The notes below the pieces were generated by a model. The model was not told the DNA's origin and did no database searches. It saw only the letters and a program-made list of their open reading frames with translations. A stretch of 64,000 nt of DNA, taken from contig CAXBMO010000022.1 in assembly GCA_963977015.1 (NCBI GenBank), positions 1 through 64,000 on the forward strand, in the 5' to 3' direction. Shown piece after piece: positions 55,996 through 64,000 of this stretch (within the stretch, counting starts at the first letter, position 1; each line of letters begins with the position of its first letter). The stretch is from an uncultured bacterium (GTDB lineage: Bacteria; Verrucomicrobiota; Verrucomicrobiia; Verrucomicrobiales; DEV007). Made by a program: the position numbers and the translations under genes.

Positions 55996-56682
55996 GTGAA
56001 CCAAGATTTCTCAACCAAATTCACCGGCTGGTCCTTCCTCGCCGCAGTGGCTATGATGTGGGGCGGCTGGATGCTGATCCCGATTCCCGTTGGCCCCTAT
56101 GTTGAGGCGGAGCACTTCCCCGTCGTCAGCGAAAACCGCTACCTCTTCGTCTGGGCCTTCCGTTTTTACTTCTTTGGCGTCGTCTTTTTTGTGGTTGCCT
56201 TGGTGGCATTGGCAGCCCTTATCTCGAACAGCCTGGCCAGGGTCATCATTTGGCCTGGCGCGGCCGTCGCTGCTGGCGGAGCATTCGCCTACGCCTTGGG
56301 TAGCGCCTTCTATTACCACCACGGATATTGGGGTTCCCTTGAATTGGAAGGCCAATCCGCCGAAGCGGTGGCGACCTACATTGAAGCCACCCGATTCGAC
56401 TCGAAATACGTTACCTGCTTTGTCAGGTTTGGCCGCCTCTTCAGTGGCCTCGGCGTCCTTCTCGTCAGCGTCGGCATCATGAAATGGCACCCCGTCCCGA
56501 CTTGGCTCGGCTGCCTTGGCCTCTTTATTGGCCTGGCAGCCATTGCCATTGTCATGGCTTCCGGTGATGCCTTCTGGGTCTATGCGCCCGTCTTCCACCT
56601 CCAGGCCATCTGGTTGACTGGACTGGGAATATCGATCCTGCGAAAGGGATTGAATCCGGAGTTACTCAACTCGACAGCCTGA
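55996..56682 (+). CDS. Hypothetical multi-pass membrane protein (DUF4386-like)
   Basis: About 6 TM helices; VPTWLGCLG motif. Confidence 0.65.
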   Translation: MNQDFSTKFTGWSFLAAVAMMWGGWMLIPIPVGPYVEAEHFPVVSENRYLFVWAFRFYFFGVVFFVVALVALAALISNSLARVIIWPGAAVAAGGAFAYALGSAFYYHHGYWGSLELEGQSAEAVATYIEATRFDSKYVTCFVRFGRLFSGLGVLLVSVGIMKWHPVPTWLGCLGLFIGLAAIAIVMASGDAFWVYAPVFHLQAIWLTGLGISILRKGLNPELLNSTA

Positions 56683-56767
56683 GAGCCGCGCGAAAAAATA
56701 CAGCCTCGACACGATTCGACTCTTTTTTTGCTCGACTCCATCGCTTCTCACGTCATTAACTGGCGGT

Positions 56768-57208
56768 ATGGCAGCAGGCAATTACTCATCGCTCACCGAA
56801 GCAGCAGAAGCATGGTTCGAGAACGTTTGGAACAAGCAGGATGTTAGCATGATCCCCAAAATGATGGCAGAGGATTGCCATCTGCATGGTCTCGACCTTC
56901 CGGGCGGAGGACGCGAAGGCTTTTGCGCGTTTCATCAGCTGTTTACGACGACCTTCCAAGACTTGAAGATTGAAATCCTTGAGATTGGCGAGCAAGGAGA
57001 CCGAGTTTTTGGCCACTGCAAATTATCGGGCATTCACCGCGCCACAGGTAAAGACGTCGCCAGCGACTTCAGTTTCTCAGCAAGATGGAAAGACGGTTAT
57101 GTTGTCGAAACCCGAAACGTCGTCAACTTTGCGGAGATCCTCGCCCAGGTCGACGAACTTCCATCCGACGCCATGCCAAGGCTCTTCGCTCCAACCGCAC
57201 ACTCCTGA
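56768..57208 (+). CDS. SnoaL-like/NTF2 ester cyclase family protein
   Basis: WFENVWNKQD, GREGF, FQDLKIEI, GIHRATGK, WKDGYVVE. Confidence 0.82.
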   Translation: MAAGNYSSLTEAAEAWFENVWNKQDVSMIPKMMAEDCHLHGLDLPGGGREGFCAFHQLFTTTFQDLKIEILEIGEQGDRVFGHCKLSGIHRATGKDVASDFSFSARWKDGYVVETRNVVNFAEILAQVDELPSDAMPRLFAPTAHS

Positions 57209-57269
57209 CCGGCCGGAAGCCGGCAACTTGCGATGAATTGTGAAAGGGCTGTGAGCGTATCGGCCTACT

Positions 57270-57563
57270 TTAGTCTTTCTTCGTTTTCCTCGAGAGTTTC
57301 GCCCCAAGGTTCGACATCCCTTTCCCTGCGCCGGAGGCCACGTTCTTCGCATTCTTCCCCACCCATTGCAGACCGGATCCGGCTGCTTCAATGGCGGATC
57401 CCGCCAGGTGCAGAACGTCACCGAGCACCCGCCCCGCTCGTTGTGGAGCCGAAATCGCCTCTTCGGTCGCAGATGAAGTGGCAGCAGGTTCAGCCCCATA
57501 GCTGAGAGGAACTGAAACGGTGAGAAGCGATACGGAAGTCAGAACAGTTATAAGAGTTTTCAT
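57270..57563 (-). CDS. Small secreted hypothetical protein
   Basis: Signal peptide MKTLIT...SYG; amphipathic Ala/Gly/Lys-rich tail. Confidence 0.6.
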   Translation of the reverse strand: MKTLITVLTSVSLLTVSVPLSYGAEPAATSSATEEAISAPQRAGRVLGDVLHLAGSAIEAAGSGLQWVGKNAKNVASGAGKGMSNLGAKLSRKTKKD

Positions 57564-57775
57564 GGTTATTGCTTGGTGAAAATGATAATTATGGAAGCGC
57601 TTAATGCGTCAAGAAACAAGAGGTGATCTAGGATTTGAAGCAGAGACGAATCCCGCACTGGTGAATTGAGAAGAAAGTTGGAAAACCCCTATGATGCCCC
57701 AAGAATCCGAAAATCGGGTTTTGAACCGGCCCGAACTTCAGTGAAGTTCCCCCCGTGTCCAGGAGTCTACCAACC

Positions 57776-58840
57776 ATGAGCCTGAGAGGCGGCCTCATCA
57801 TCCTCAAACTATTTGCAACACTGGGACTGCTGCAAAACGCCTTGGCAACGGCTCCTGAGAAATGGAATTCGATCAAGATCGACGGACGAAATTACGTTGC
57901 CGTTGCTGATCTGGCGAAAGCCTATTCCATGACGCGGATGACGCCGCGCGAAGATCCCAAGGAAATCGCCTTTGGGGGAGACAAACACACTCTCGCCGTT
58001 AAAATCGACAGCCGCCAATCACTCATCGACGGGGTGCGGCACTGGCTTTCCTTCCCCGTCGTCTCGAAGGACGAGAACAAGCGGGTTTTTGTTTCGTTGA
58101 TTGATGTGCGATCGACCATCGTCCCAGCCTTCGAGCCCGGTGCGGCCCAAGGAATTGGCCCTGTCAAAACCATTGTTTTCGATCCTGGACATGGCGGGCA
58201 TGACCCCGGCGGAATTGGCCTTCTCGGAGTTGAGCGGGACTACACGCTCGACCTCGTAAAACGCACCCGAAAGCTCCTGGAAGCGAAGGGGATCACGGTC
58301 GTGCAAAACCGGCTCAGCGACTTCTTCATCCCTCTTCACAAGCGGCCCTCAATGACAAAAAACTATGACGCCCCGATCTTTGTCAGCCTCCACCTGAACG
58401 CCGCCACGAACCGCGAGGCCAATGGCATTGAGATTTTTTCGATCCCTCCATTGGGTGCACCGCCCCACGGTGCCAAACCGGATAAGAAGGCGGATATTGA
58501 AAAGCACCCGAACACACCTCACGAACCCGCCAGCTTCATCCTCGCAAACACGATTCATCAGGCTCTTCTCGGAAAAACGGCCGCCTTTGATCGTGGAGTG
58601 AAGCGCGCCCGTTTCTCCGTCCTTCGCCACGCCTCCGTCCCCGCCGTCCTCGTTGAGGGCGGATTTATCAGCCACAAGGAGGAAGCCAAACGCATCCACA
58701 CCCCGGAGTGGCGTCAGAAATTCGCAAGTGCCCTCGCCGATGGCATTGAGGCTTACGTCAATCTGGCCAACCAAAAGAAAGCCCCCGCCCGAGCCGTCGA
58801 CCTCAATCGCAAGCCAACCATTGAATTTGTGCCAGAGTAG
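57776..58840 (+). CDS. N-acetylmuramoyl-L-alanine amidase (Amidase_3)
   Basis: DPGHGGHDPG, ERDYTL, VSLHLNA, VLVEGGFIS zinc/catalytic residues; signal peptide; AGGAG SD. Confidence 0.92.
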   Translation: MSLRGGLIILKLFATLGLLQNALATAPEKWNSIKIDGRNYVAVADLAKAYSMTRMTPREDPKEIAFGGDKHTLAVKIDSRQSLIDGVRHWLSFPVVSKDENKRVFVSLIDVRSTIVPAFEPGAAQGIGPVKTIVFDPGHGGHDPGGIGLLGVERDYTLDLVKRTRKLLEAKGITVVQNRLSDFFIPLHKRPSMTKNYDAPIFVSLHLNAATNREANGIEIFSIPPLGAPPHGAKPDKKADIEKHPNTPHEPASFILANTIHQALLGKTAAFDRGVKRARFSVLRHASVPAVLVEGGFISHKEEAKRIHTPEWRQKFASALADGIEAYVNLANQKKAPARAVDLNRKPTIEFVPE

Positions 58841-58895
58841 CCCAAATCGCTGAGGATCAGGCACCAGCAACGAAAGATTTTTCCAGAGGGCTAGG

Positions 58896-59594
58896 TTAAT
58901 CCTCAACCAGCAATCCCAGAATCATTGCCGATTTTCGATTCTCGATGCCCAACCGCTTGTAAATCGACTCACAGTGCTTCTCAACGGTCCGCACACTCAC
59001 CCCTAGAATCATGCTAATTTCTTCGTTCGTTTTCCCCTGAACGAGCCATTCGAAAACTTCAACCTGGCGTTTGGTGAGTTTGCTGATCGCTTCCTCATTT
59101 CCGTTCTGTCGAAAATCCAACTGCTTTTCGACCTCCTCACTGGTCCAAACCTGCCACATTTCTGCAATCTTTTGATTTCTCATTTTGACCCTGCTGGTCC
59201 CACTCGCAAAGACGCGCTCCCCCACCGCAATGCTGCCCATGATCGGTTGTTTCAGGATTGCATCGGCCGTCCAATTCACGGCAACTGAGTCCTCACCCAC
59301 ATGGATGTTGGTAACCACGTGGCTCATGTCGTCATAAATCAGGGGAATCTGCGCCAGATGATCAATCATCGCCTCAATTCCGCGGACCGGTTCCGGAGAA
59401 GCTTGATCGTAGAACACCAAGTCATCACTCCAGTATTCCCTTGCCTTCTCCAAGCTAACCGGGCTGGCAGCCTTCACCGCATCGTTCAAAAAGATCTGCA
59501 TATAATCGAGAATAAAACTCAGATTGAACCGTTCGGACTCTGAAAGCGCATTCAGAGCATCCGGCGAGGGCTTTTTCTTGAACCAATAGAGCAT
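58896..59594 (-). CDS. SnoaL/NTF2-like sensor domain fused to a LuxR-type HTH
   Basis: WSDDLVFYD...VRGIEAM...NQKIAEMW NTF2-like region; LTKRQVEV...GKTNEEISMILGVSVRTVEKH HTH. Confidence 0.85.
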   Translation of the reverse strand: MLYWFKKKPSPDALNALSESERFNLSFILDYMQIFLNDAVKAASPVSLEKAREYWSDDLVFYDQASPEPVRGIEAMIDHLAQIPLIYDDMSHVVTNIHVGEDSVAVNWTADAILKQPIMGSIAVGERVFASGTSRVKMRNQKIAEMWQVWTSEEVEKQLDFRQNGNEEAISKLTKRQVEVFEWLVQGKTNEEISMILGVSVRTVEKHCESIYKRLGIENRKSAMILGLLVED

Positions 59595-59667
59595 CCTTCA
59601 CCATTGATCTTCGAAGCGAACCTGCAACCGAATGAATCTCGAATCGAAAGAGAACTTCGCTCGAAAC

Positions 59668-60840
59668 TCAAGGTTCTGGAACGAGGATCTCTACAACGCC
59701 CCTGCCCCTGCCCATGGCAAAGATTCGACCAGAGATAGGCTCATTCGTCAAACAATGGAATGGGATGTCTCTAGTCAGTAGAAAATAGCCGGAGTCTTCC
59801 CGATCAATGAGGACCAACATACAATTATCAGGCCCTATACTTCCGTCTTCTCCCCGATAGTGAAATCCAACAATTACTTGGGATTCCGACAAAGCGACAC
59901 AATCAAATACGGAAATATCTTTAGACTTGCGAAAGCATTCGAAGTCGATCCACGGTTCGCTCAAAAGCTCATAGTCGTCTGGAGAAATACCGTTCAACAC
60001 TCTTACCTTTTGACCTTGGATATCCAGGCAATGAATGCGCTTCCGATCAAACGGGGGAATATGAAGTTTTCCACTCGGAATACGTTTGGCAATTCGCGAA
60101 ATAGAGATTGGATCGGTTTGGTCGATCCGATAAAGATCACCTGAACCCCTATCAGTGAAGGCAATTTTCAAGTCGAGAAGTGATACGAGATAGTGAGGAT
60201 ACCCCTTCAACTCCCCCCTAACATATCCGCTTCGCCCTTTGGTGGAGGAAAATTTGATGTATTCCTCGGGTTCGCCAAGAGGAAGACCAGACATGATACC
60301 AAGTCTCCAAAAATCAGCCCAAACAATGGAGCCATCGGTTCGCACGGCAAACGAGTAGTTGCTGGGTCCGTCATTGGCAATTTGCGCTACGAGAAGAGGC
60401 CGCGGCCCGATGTAAGCAAGATTGAGTTCTTTGCCATCCCAAGTGATCTGTTGAAGATCCCGAGCAACGGAGTCCGGCAGACTTTGAGCTCCCAAATCTC
60501 CTTTGGGTATGGATTCACCAGTCTGCCAGGGTTCGAAACGGGTAAGTGGCGGAAGAAAATTTAATGGTCGCTCTGGAGGCGTCAGCTGTTGCTCGACAAA
60601 CGCTTGGTCAGCCTGACTAAGGGTGGCTATCGGGATCGAAAACACTCGTCCGTCAGACTGGCGACGAATTCTGACGGTATCCGCCTCTACCGAGACCAAC
60701 TCGGCCGAAATGGATACGCCATTCTCATTCGTCCATTCGCGGACTTCAGCTTGAGCACAATGCCATCCAATAATCAGATGCACTGAGAGGATACAAAAGC
60801 TCAACTTACGCAACATCATTTTGGGTAGATTCATATCCAA
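59668..60840 (-). CDS. Secreted SHD1-domain protein with an unknown C-terminal region
   Basis: REWTNENGVSISAEL...VRIRR..DGRVFSIPIATLSQADQAFV is the SHD1 signature; signal peptide ending AQA. Confidence 0.78.
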   Translation of the reverse strand: MDMNLPKMMLRKLSFCILSVHLIIGWHCAQAEVREWTNENGVSISAELVSVEADTVRIRRQSDGRVFSIPIATLSQADQAFVEQQLTPPERPLNFLPPLTRFEPWQTGESIPKGDLGAQSLPDSVARDLQQITWDGKELNLAYIGPRPLLVAQIANDGPSNYSFAVRTDGSIVWADFWRLGIMSGLPLGEPEEYIKFSSTKGRSGYVRGELKGYPHYLVSLLDLKIAFTDRGSGDLYRIDQTDPISISRIAKRIPSGKLHIPPFDRKRIHCLDIQGQKVRVLNGISPDDYELLSEPWIDFECFRKSKDISVFDCVALSESQVIVGFHYRGEDGSIGPDNCMLVLIDREDSGYFLLTRDIPFHCLTNEPISGRIFAMGRGRGVVEILVPEP

Positions 60841-60842
60841 TC

Positions 60843-62516
60843 CTATCGCATCAACGCTTCACGTGCGTCTGGATCACTCATCAACTTTTGGTATTCCAAC
60901 TCCACCCGATTCAGCGCCTGGGCAATTTGCCCTCTCAGTTCACTTCTCTGGGCGGAGCTAAGATTGAGCGATTCACGGCGTTTGGTTGAGTTGTATTGGT
61001 TAATGGAATCCAACCATTCGAGGCTGCGCGGATCGAAAGCACTGCGGGCTTTTCCGAGTGTGGTGATGGCTTCCTGCAACGTTTCGTATTTGGGAGATCT
61101 CCCCCGATCAAGAAATACGTAGGCATGGAGCATCTGATCGAGTGACCCCGCGAGGGTGAGCTTTCTGGGATGCCGGTTGGATCCCCGCAAGAGCAGGAGT
61201 TTGGCCGAGACATGATTCGGTGCAAGTTCGAGGACTCTGGTCAATCGTTCCCGAACCTGCTGATTGCTGAGCAGGGCCTCCGGGTTTGAGCCGCGTAACA
61301 CGTCCTGAACCTCAGCGAACAGTTCGATACTCTCCTGAAGATCAGCGTCCCTACCATTCGGAGAAACGGCCAGGGCCTTTGCCTCTTCAAACGTCTTGAC
61401 GGTGAAAATCTGCGTCTGGAAAATTGGATCGACGCCCTCAGTTAGGAGAAGATCCCCCAATCGTGATGCGTTTTTTTCCGGTATTGCGACCAAGTTGATT
61501 CCGGAATCGCCCTCCGCTGGCTGCGTGGCAAGGATCCGGTCCCGAATAAAATAGATCGGCTGAATCGAGCCGTCTGCGTTGAGGTCCCCAAGCGGAGCAA
61601 ATTGGGGATCGAGAGCAACGTCATTGACCAAGGCATCTACGAGTAGCGCACACGCCAGGACACTGGATGGTCCATCAATCTGCGAATACCCTTCCCCGAA
61701 TGAGAGATCAATCCGATTTCCGCTGGGAATTGCCACGTTGCGCAGAGAAAACATCTTTACCATCTCATGCATGGCCGAGGCAAGTTCAGGCGGCTGCTGC
61801 CCCTTCACCACCGTAATCGACGAGCCAATACTCCCAAATTCACGGACACTGGCACTTACCTTCATTGGCTTCATCGATGAAGCGAGTACATCCCAACGCT
61901 TTTCGATTGCAGATAGTGATGCGTTCACTCGAGTTTCATCCAGAAAAACGCCTCCCACCGTCGCAAACTCACGTGGAAAATTCTCTGGGGCCATGGCCTC
62001 ACCAGGCTGCTCGCCATCCATCGCTGGATCTTGATCCGGAGCCACGCTGGGGAAGCCGGTAGAATCAACCAACTGCCTCATCAACACGGAGGCCTTCGTG
62101 CTCAGAGTTCCGTCAGCGGCCTCAATCTTGGGCATTAATCGGGTGAGTTCGCTCAAGACTTCATCCTTTGCTCGCGGCCGGGAAAAACCTGAGAACTTGA
62201 TACCATTGCGAAGGAAGAAATTCGCCTCTATCACGTCCCAATTCTCCGGGGCCAGAGTAAATGCAAAGGCGAGCGCGCCGGACTTGATCGCCGGGTCCAA
62301 TTCTTCCTGTTTGGCCAGTTCGACCAATGCAACGACCAAGGAAGAGTGTTCGGTTGGCGGCAACGCCAGGTCCATACGAGAAAACAGCGGATGGCTGAAA
62401 TCCGGCTCCAAATATTCTTGAGCATTAGCTGGAGATGCAAACATCACCACGCCTCCAAGACAGGCCACGAAGAAAAAAGGCAACGAGAAAAACAAACGAT
62501 CATTCATAAGGTTCAA
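60843..62516 (-). CDS. Secreted Lon-protease (S16) proteolytic-domain protein, probably inactive
   Basis: Signal peptide ending ANA; IDGPSS, GDLNADGSIQP, VAIPEKN; Arg at the catalytic Lys position; no Walker motifs. Confidence 0.78.
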   Translation of the reverse strand: MNLMNDRLFFSLPFFFVACLGGVVMFASPANAQEYLEPDFSHPLFSRMDLALPPTEHSSLVVALVELAKQEELDPAIKSGALAFAFTLAPENWDVIEANFFLRNGIKFSGFSRPRAKDEVLSELTRLMPKIEAADGTLSTKASVLMRQLVDSTGFPSVAPDQDPAMDGEQPGEAMAPENFPREFATVGGVFLDETRVNASLSAIEKRWDVLASSMKPMKVSASVREFGSIGSSITVVKGQQPPELASAMHEMVKMFSLRNVAIPSGNRIDLSFGEGYSQIDGPSSVLACALLVDALVNDVALDPQFAPLGDLNADGSIQPIYFIRDRILATQPAEGDSGINLVAIPEKNASRLGDLLLTEGVDPIFQTQIFTVKTFEEAKALAVSPNGRDADLQESIELFAEVQDVLRGSNPEALLSNQQVRERLTRVLELAPNHVSAKLLLLRGSNRHPRKLTLAGSLDQMLHAYVFLDRGRSPKYETLQEAITTLGKARSAFDPRSLEWLDSINQYNSTKRRESLNLSSAQRSELRGQIAQALNRVELEYQKLMSDPDAREALMR

Positions 62517-62531
62517 AGCAAAATGGTGTTC

Positions 62532-64000
62532 TTAGTCTTCCTCTTCCAATCCAGCTTCTCTCTGCACCTCCTTAACCAACATATTGTACCTGGACTGCAC
62601 CCGATCCCCCGCATTGCCGATTTTATTCGCCAGCTCGCGCCGACCGGTATCGCTCTTGGGGGGACTGTTTCTCACAATGCGAAACAAATCCGAAAATTCA
62701 GCAATGGCGTCGGCGGTCTCCCACGCTCGGGGATCCAGTTTCGGGCGCAAACGCTTCAACTGAGACGAAGCCGTGGCGAATTCATCCGTTTCAAGCGCAC
62801 TGCTCGCCCCGCGGAACCCGTCATTCTCCAACCCTTGAATGAGTGGTAGTGCCGCACGGTCAATGGCCGTGAGTGACCCACGAAGCGTGAGTTGGCGTGG
62901 GGTACGTCCCATGGCCGACAGCAACAGCATTTTGGCGGATGCGTGGTTTGGGGCCAGCTCAACGACCTGCCGCAAGCGCTGCTGGACCTGCCTGTTCTGG
63001 AGCATTCTTTCCCCGGCGCTTCCTCCGGAGAGCACCCGTTGGACGGTTGAAAACAACTCCATGGCTTGCTTGAGGTCGTCCGCTCGTTCTGCAGGAGGGG
63101 CGGCGAGCGCATGCGCCGACTCAAACGAATCAATCGTGAATACCTGGATCGCCGTCATCGGCTCGATCCCATCGGTCAACAACAGATCCAGCAAGACCTC
63201 TTCATTGACGGACGGAATCGCCACATGAGTACATTTGCGGCTCGTGGCCCCGCGAATCTTGCCATCGATTCCTCCCACCGCCTTGACGGCACCATCGGTC
63301 TCAAGCGCCCCCGTGACCGCAAATCCGGGATCAATCTCCTCCCCCTTGAGCAACGAATTTAGAAGCAGCGCACAGGCAACCGAAGCCGAGTCCCCATCTT
63401 TCGGAGAATATTGGCTCTCAAAACTAATCTCCACGCGATGCCCTCTGGGAATTTCGCCTTGATGGTTATCAATGTAGGTCACCACTTTGTTCAATCCCGA
63501 CTCCATCATCTCCCCCACCTCTTGGTTAAACATCACCCGGGTTGACTGCCCCCTAACTCCTTGAACGACGGTCGCGTTCATTTGAGAAGCGCCGCCTGCG
63601 TAGTTGGAACCGTCCAACACCAATACCAGCAAGCCTGTGATCAAACTCTGCCGCTTCTGAAATCCATCTCCCCCCATTTCTGTGGAAACACCCCCGGGCC
63701 TTTCAAAATAAATCACTTCTGAAGCCGCTGTTCTGGTGACCAAAACGTCTCCAGCATCCCCCTCAGGAAAGGCCGGTTCCCAATTCGCAGTCGGAGGTTG
63801 ACGACGCCCAAAAAGAGCGGCTCGAATATCCTCAAGACAGGGAAGCACATCGGAAGCTGGAAGCCGATCAAGAAATGGCCCAATCCGGGCGGCCAGTTTT
63901 GGGATAGTTTCTTGAGATGCCCCTGCGAAGAAGGAATCCACATCGGCGCTTCCCGCCCCGGCATAACGAAAATAAAAATCAGCCTCGATTACGTCCCTTC
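62532..64000 (-). CDS. Lon-protease (S16) proteolytic-domain protein with intact dyad (5' partial)
   Basis: PKDGDSAS, AVTGAL, VGGIDGKIRGA, IPSVN; frame stays open from 63941 to the window end (RDVIEADFYFRYAGAGSAD). Confidence 0.85.
   Translation of the reverse strand, partial: RDVIEADFYFRYAGAGSADVDSFFAGASQETIPKLAARIGPFLDRLPASDVLPCLEDIRAALFGRRQPPTANWEPAFPEGDAGDVLVTRTAASEVIYFERPGGVSTEMGGDGFQKRQSLITGLLVLVLDGSNYAGGASQMNATVVQGVRGQSTRVMFNQEVGEMMESGLNKVVTYIDNHQGEIPRGHRVEISFESQYSPKDGDSASVACALLLNSLLKGEEIDPGFAVTGALETDGAVKAVGGIDGKIRGATSRKCTHVAIPSVNEEVLLDLLLTDGIEPMTAIQVFTIDSFESAHALAAPPAERADDLKQAMELFSTVQRVLSGGSAGERMLQNRQVQQRLRQVVELAPNHASAKMLLLSAMGRTPRQLTLRGSLTAIDRAALPLIQGLENDGFRGASSALETDEFATASSQLKRLRPKLDPRAWETADAIAEFSDLFRIVRNSPPKSDTGRRELANKIGNAGDRVQSRYNMLVKEVQREAGLEEED

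Noticed and set aside
57578-57596. Fur-box-like GAAAATGATAATTATGGAA
   Set aside because: Only 13/19 match with a poor right half, and no iron-related gene nearby
1-64000. CRISPR arrays, tRNA/rRNA genes, IS elements, prophage genes
   Set aside because: No spaced direct repeats, cloverleaf motifs, transposase, integrase or phage structural ORFs seen by eye; a tRNAscan/Infernal run would be needed to exclude small RNAs

Overview
A 64-kb, gene-dense stretch of GC-rich bacterial chromosome. Gene content (a PVC-type CxxCH dehydrogenase, a PQQ-like propeller, an SHD1 protein, several DUF1080 domains, three sulfatases) points to a PVC-superphylum organism, most likely a Verrucomicrobium and possibly marine; this is inference. 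I found about 50 CDSs and no rRNA, tRNA, CRISPR array, transposase or integrase. Blocks in order: (1) LysR-controlled oxidoreductases; (2) a sulfated-glycan cluster at 3.5-15.8 kb; (3) a CecR-like TetR with an RND pump and a heterodimeric ABC exporter; (4) a NemR-like TetR with two matching operators ahead of an L,D-transpeptidase, a secreted haloacid dehalogenase and DoxX; (5) mixed housekeeping genes (ycaQ, NUDIX, UvrD, alanine symporter); (6) an NsrR-box operon encoding a signal-peptide truncated globin, a DUF3365 c-heme protein, a CysI-type sulfite reductase, a transsulfuration enzyme and a GST; (7) a membrane-anchored orphan ParA behind a hairpin-rich leader; (8) two tandem ATPase-less Lon-domain paralogs, one with an intact Ser-Lys dyad and one with Lys->Arg, followed by an SHD1 protein and a SnoaL-LuxR regulator. 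The best candidates for an undescribed system are (6), (8) and (4). All family calls come from motif recognition by eye; no database searches were run.
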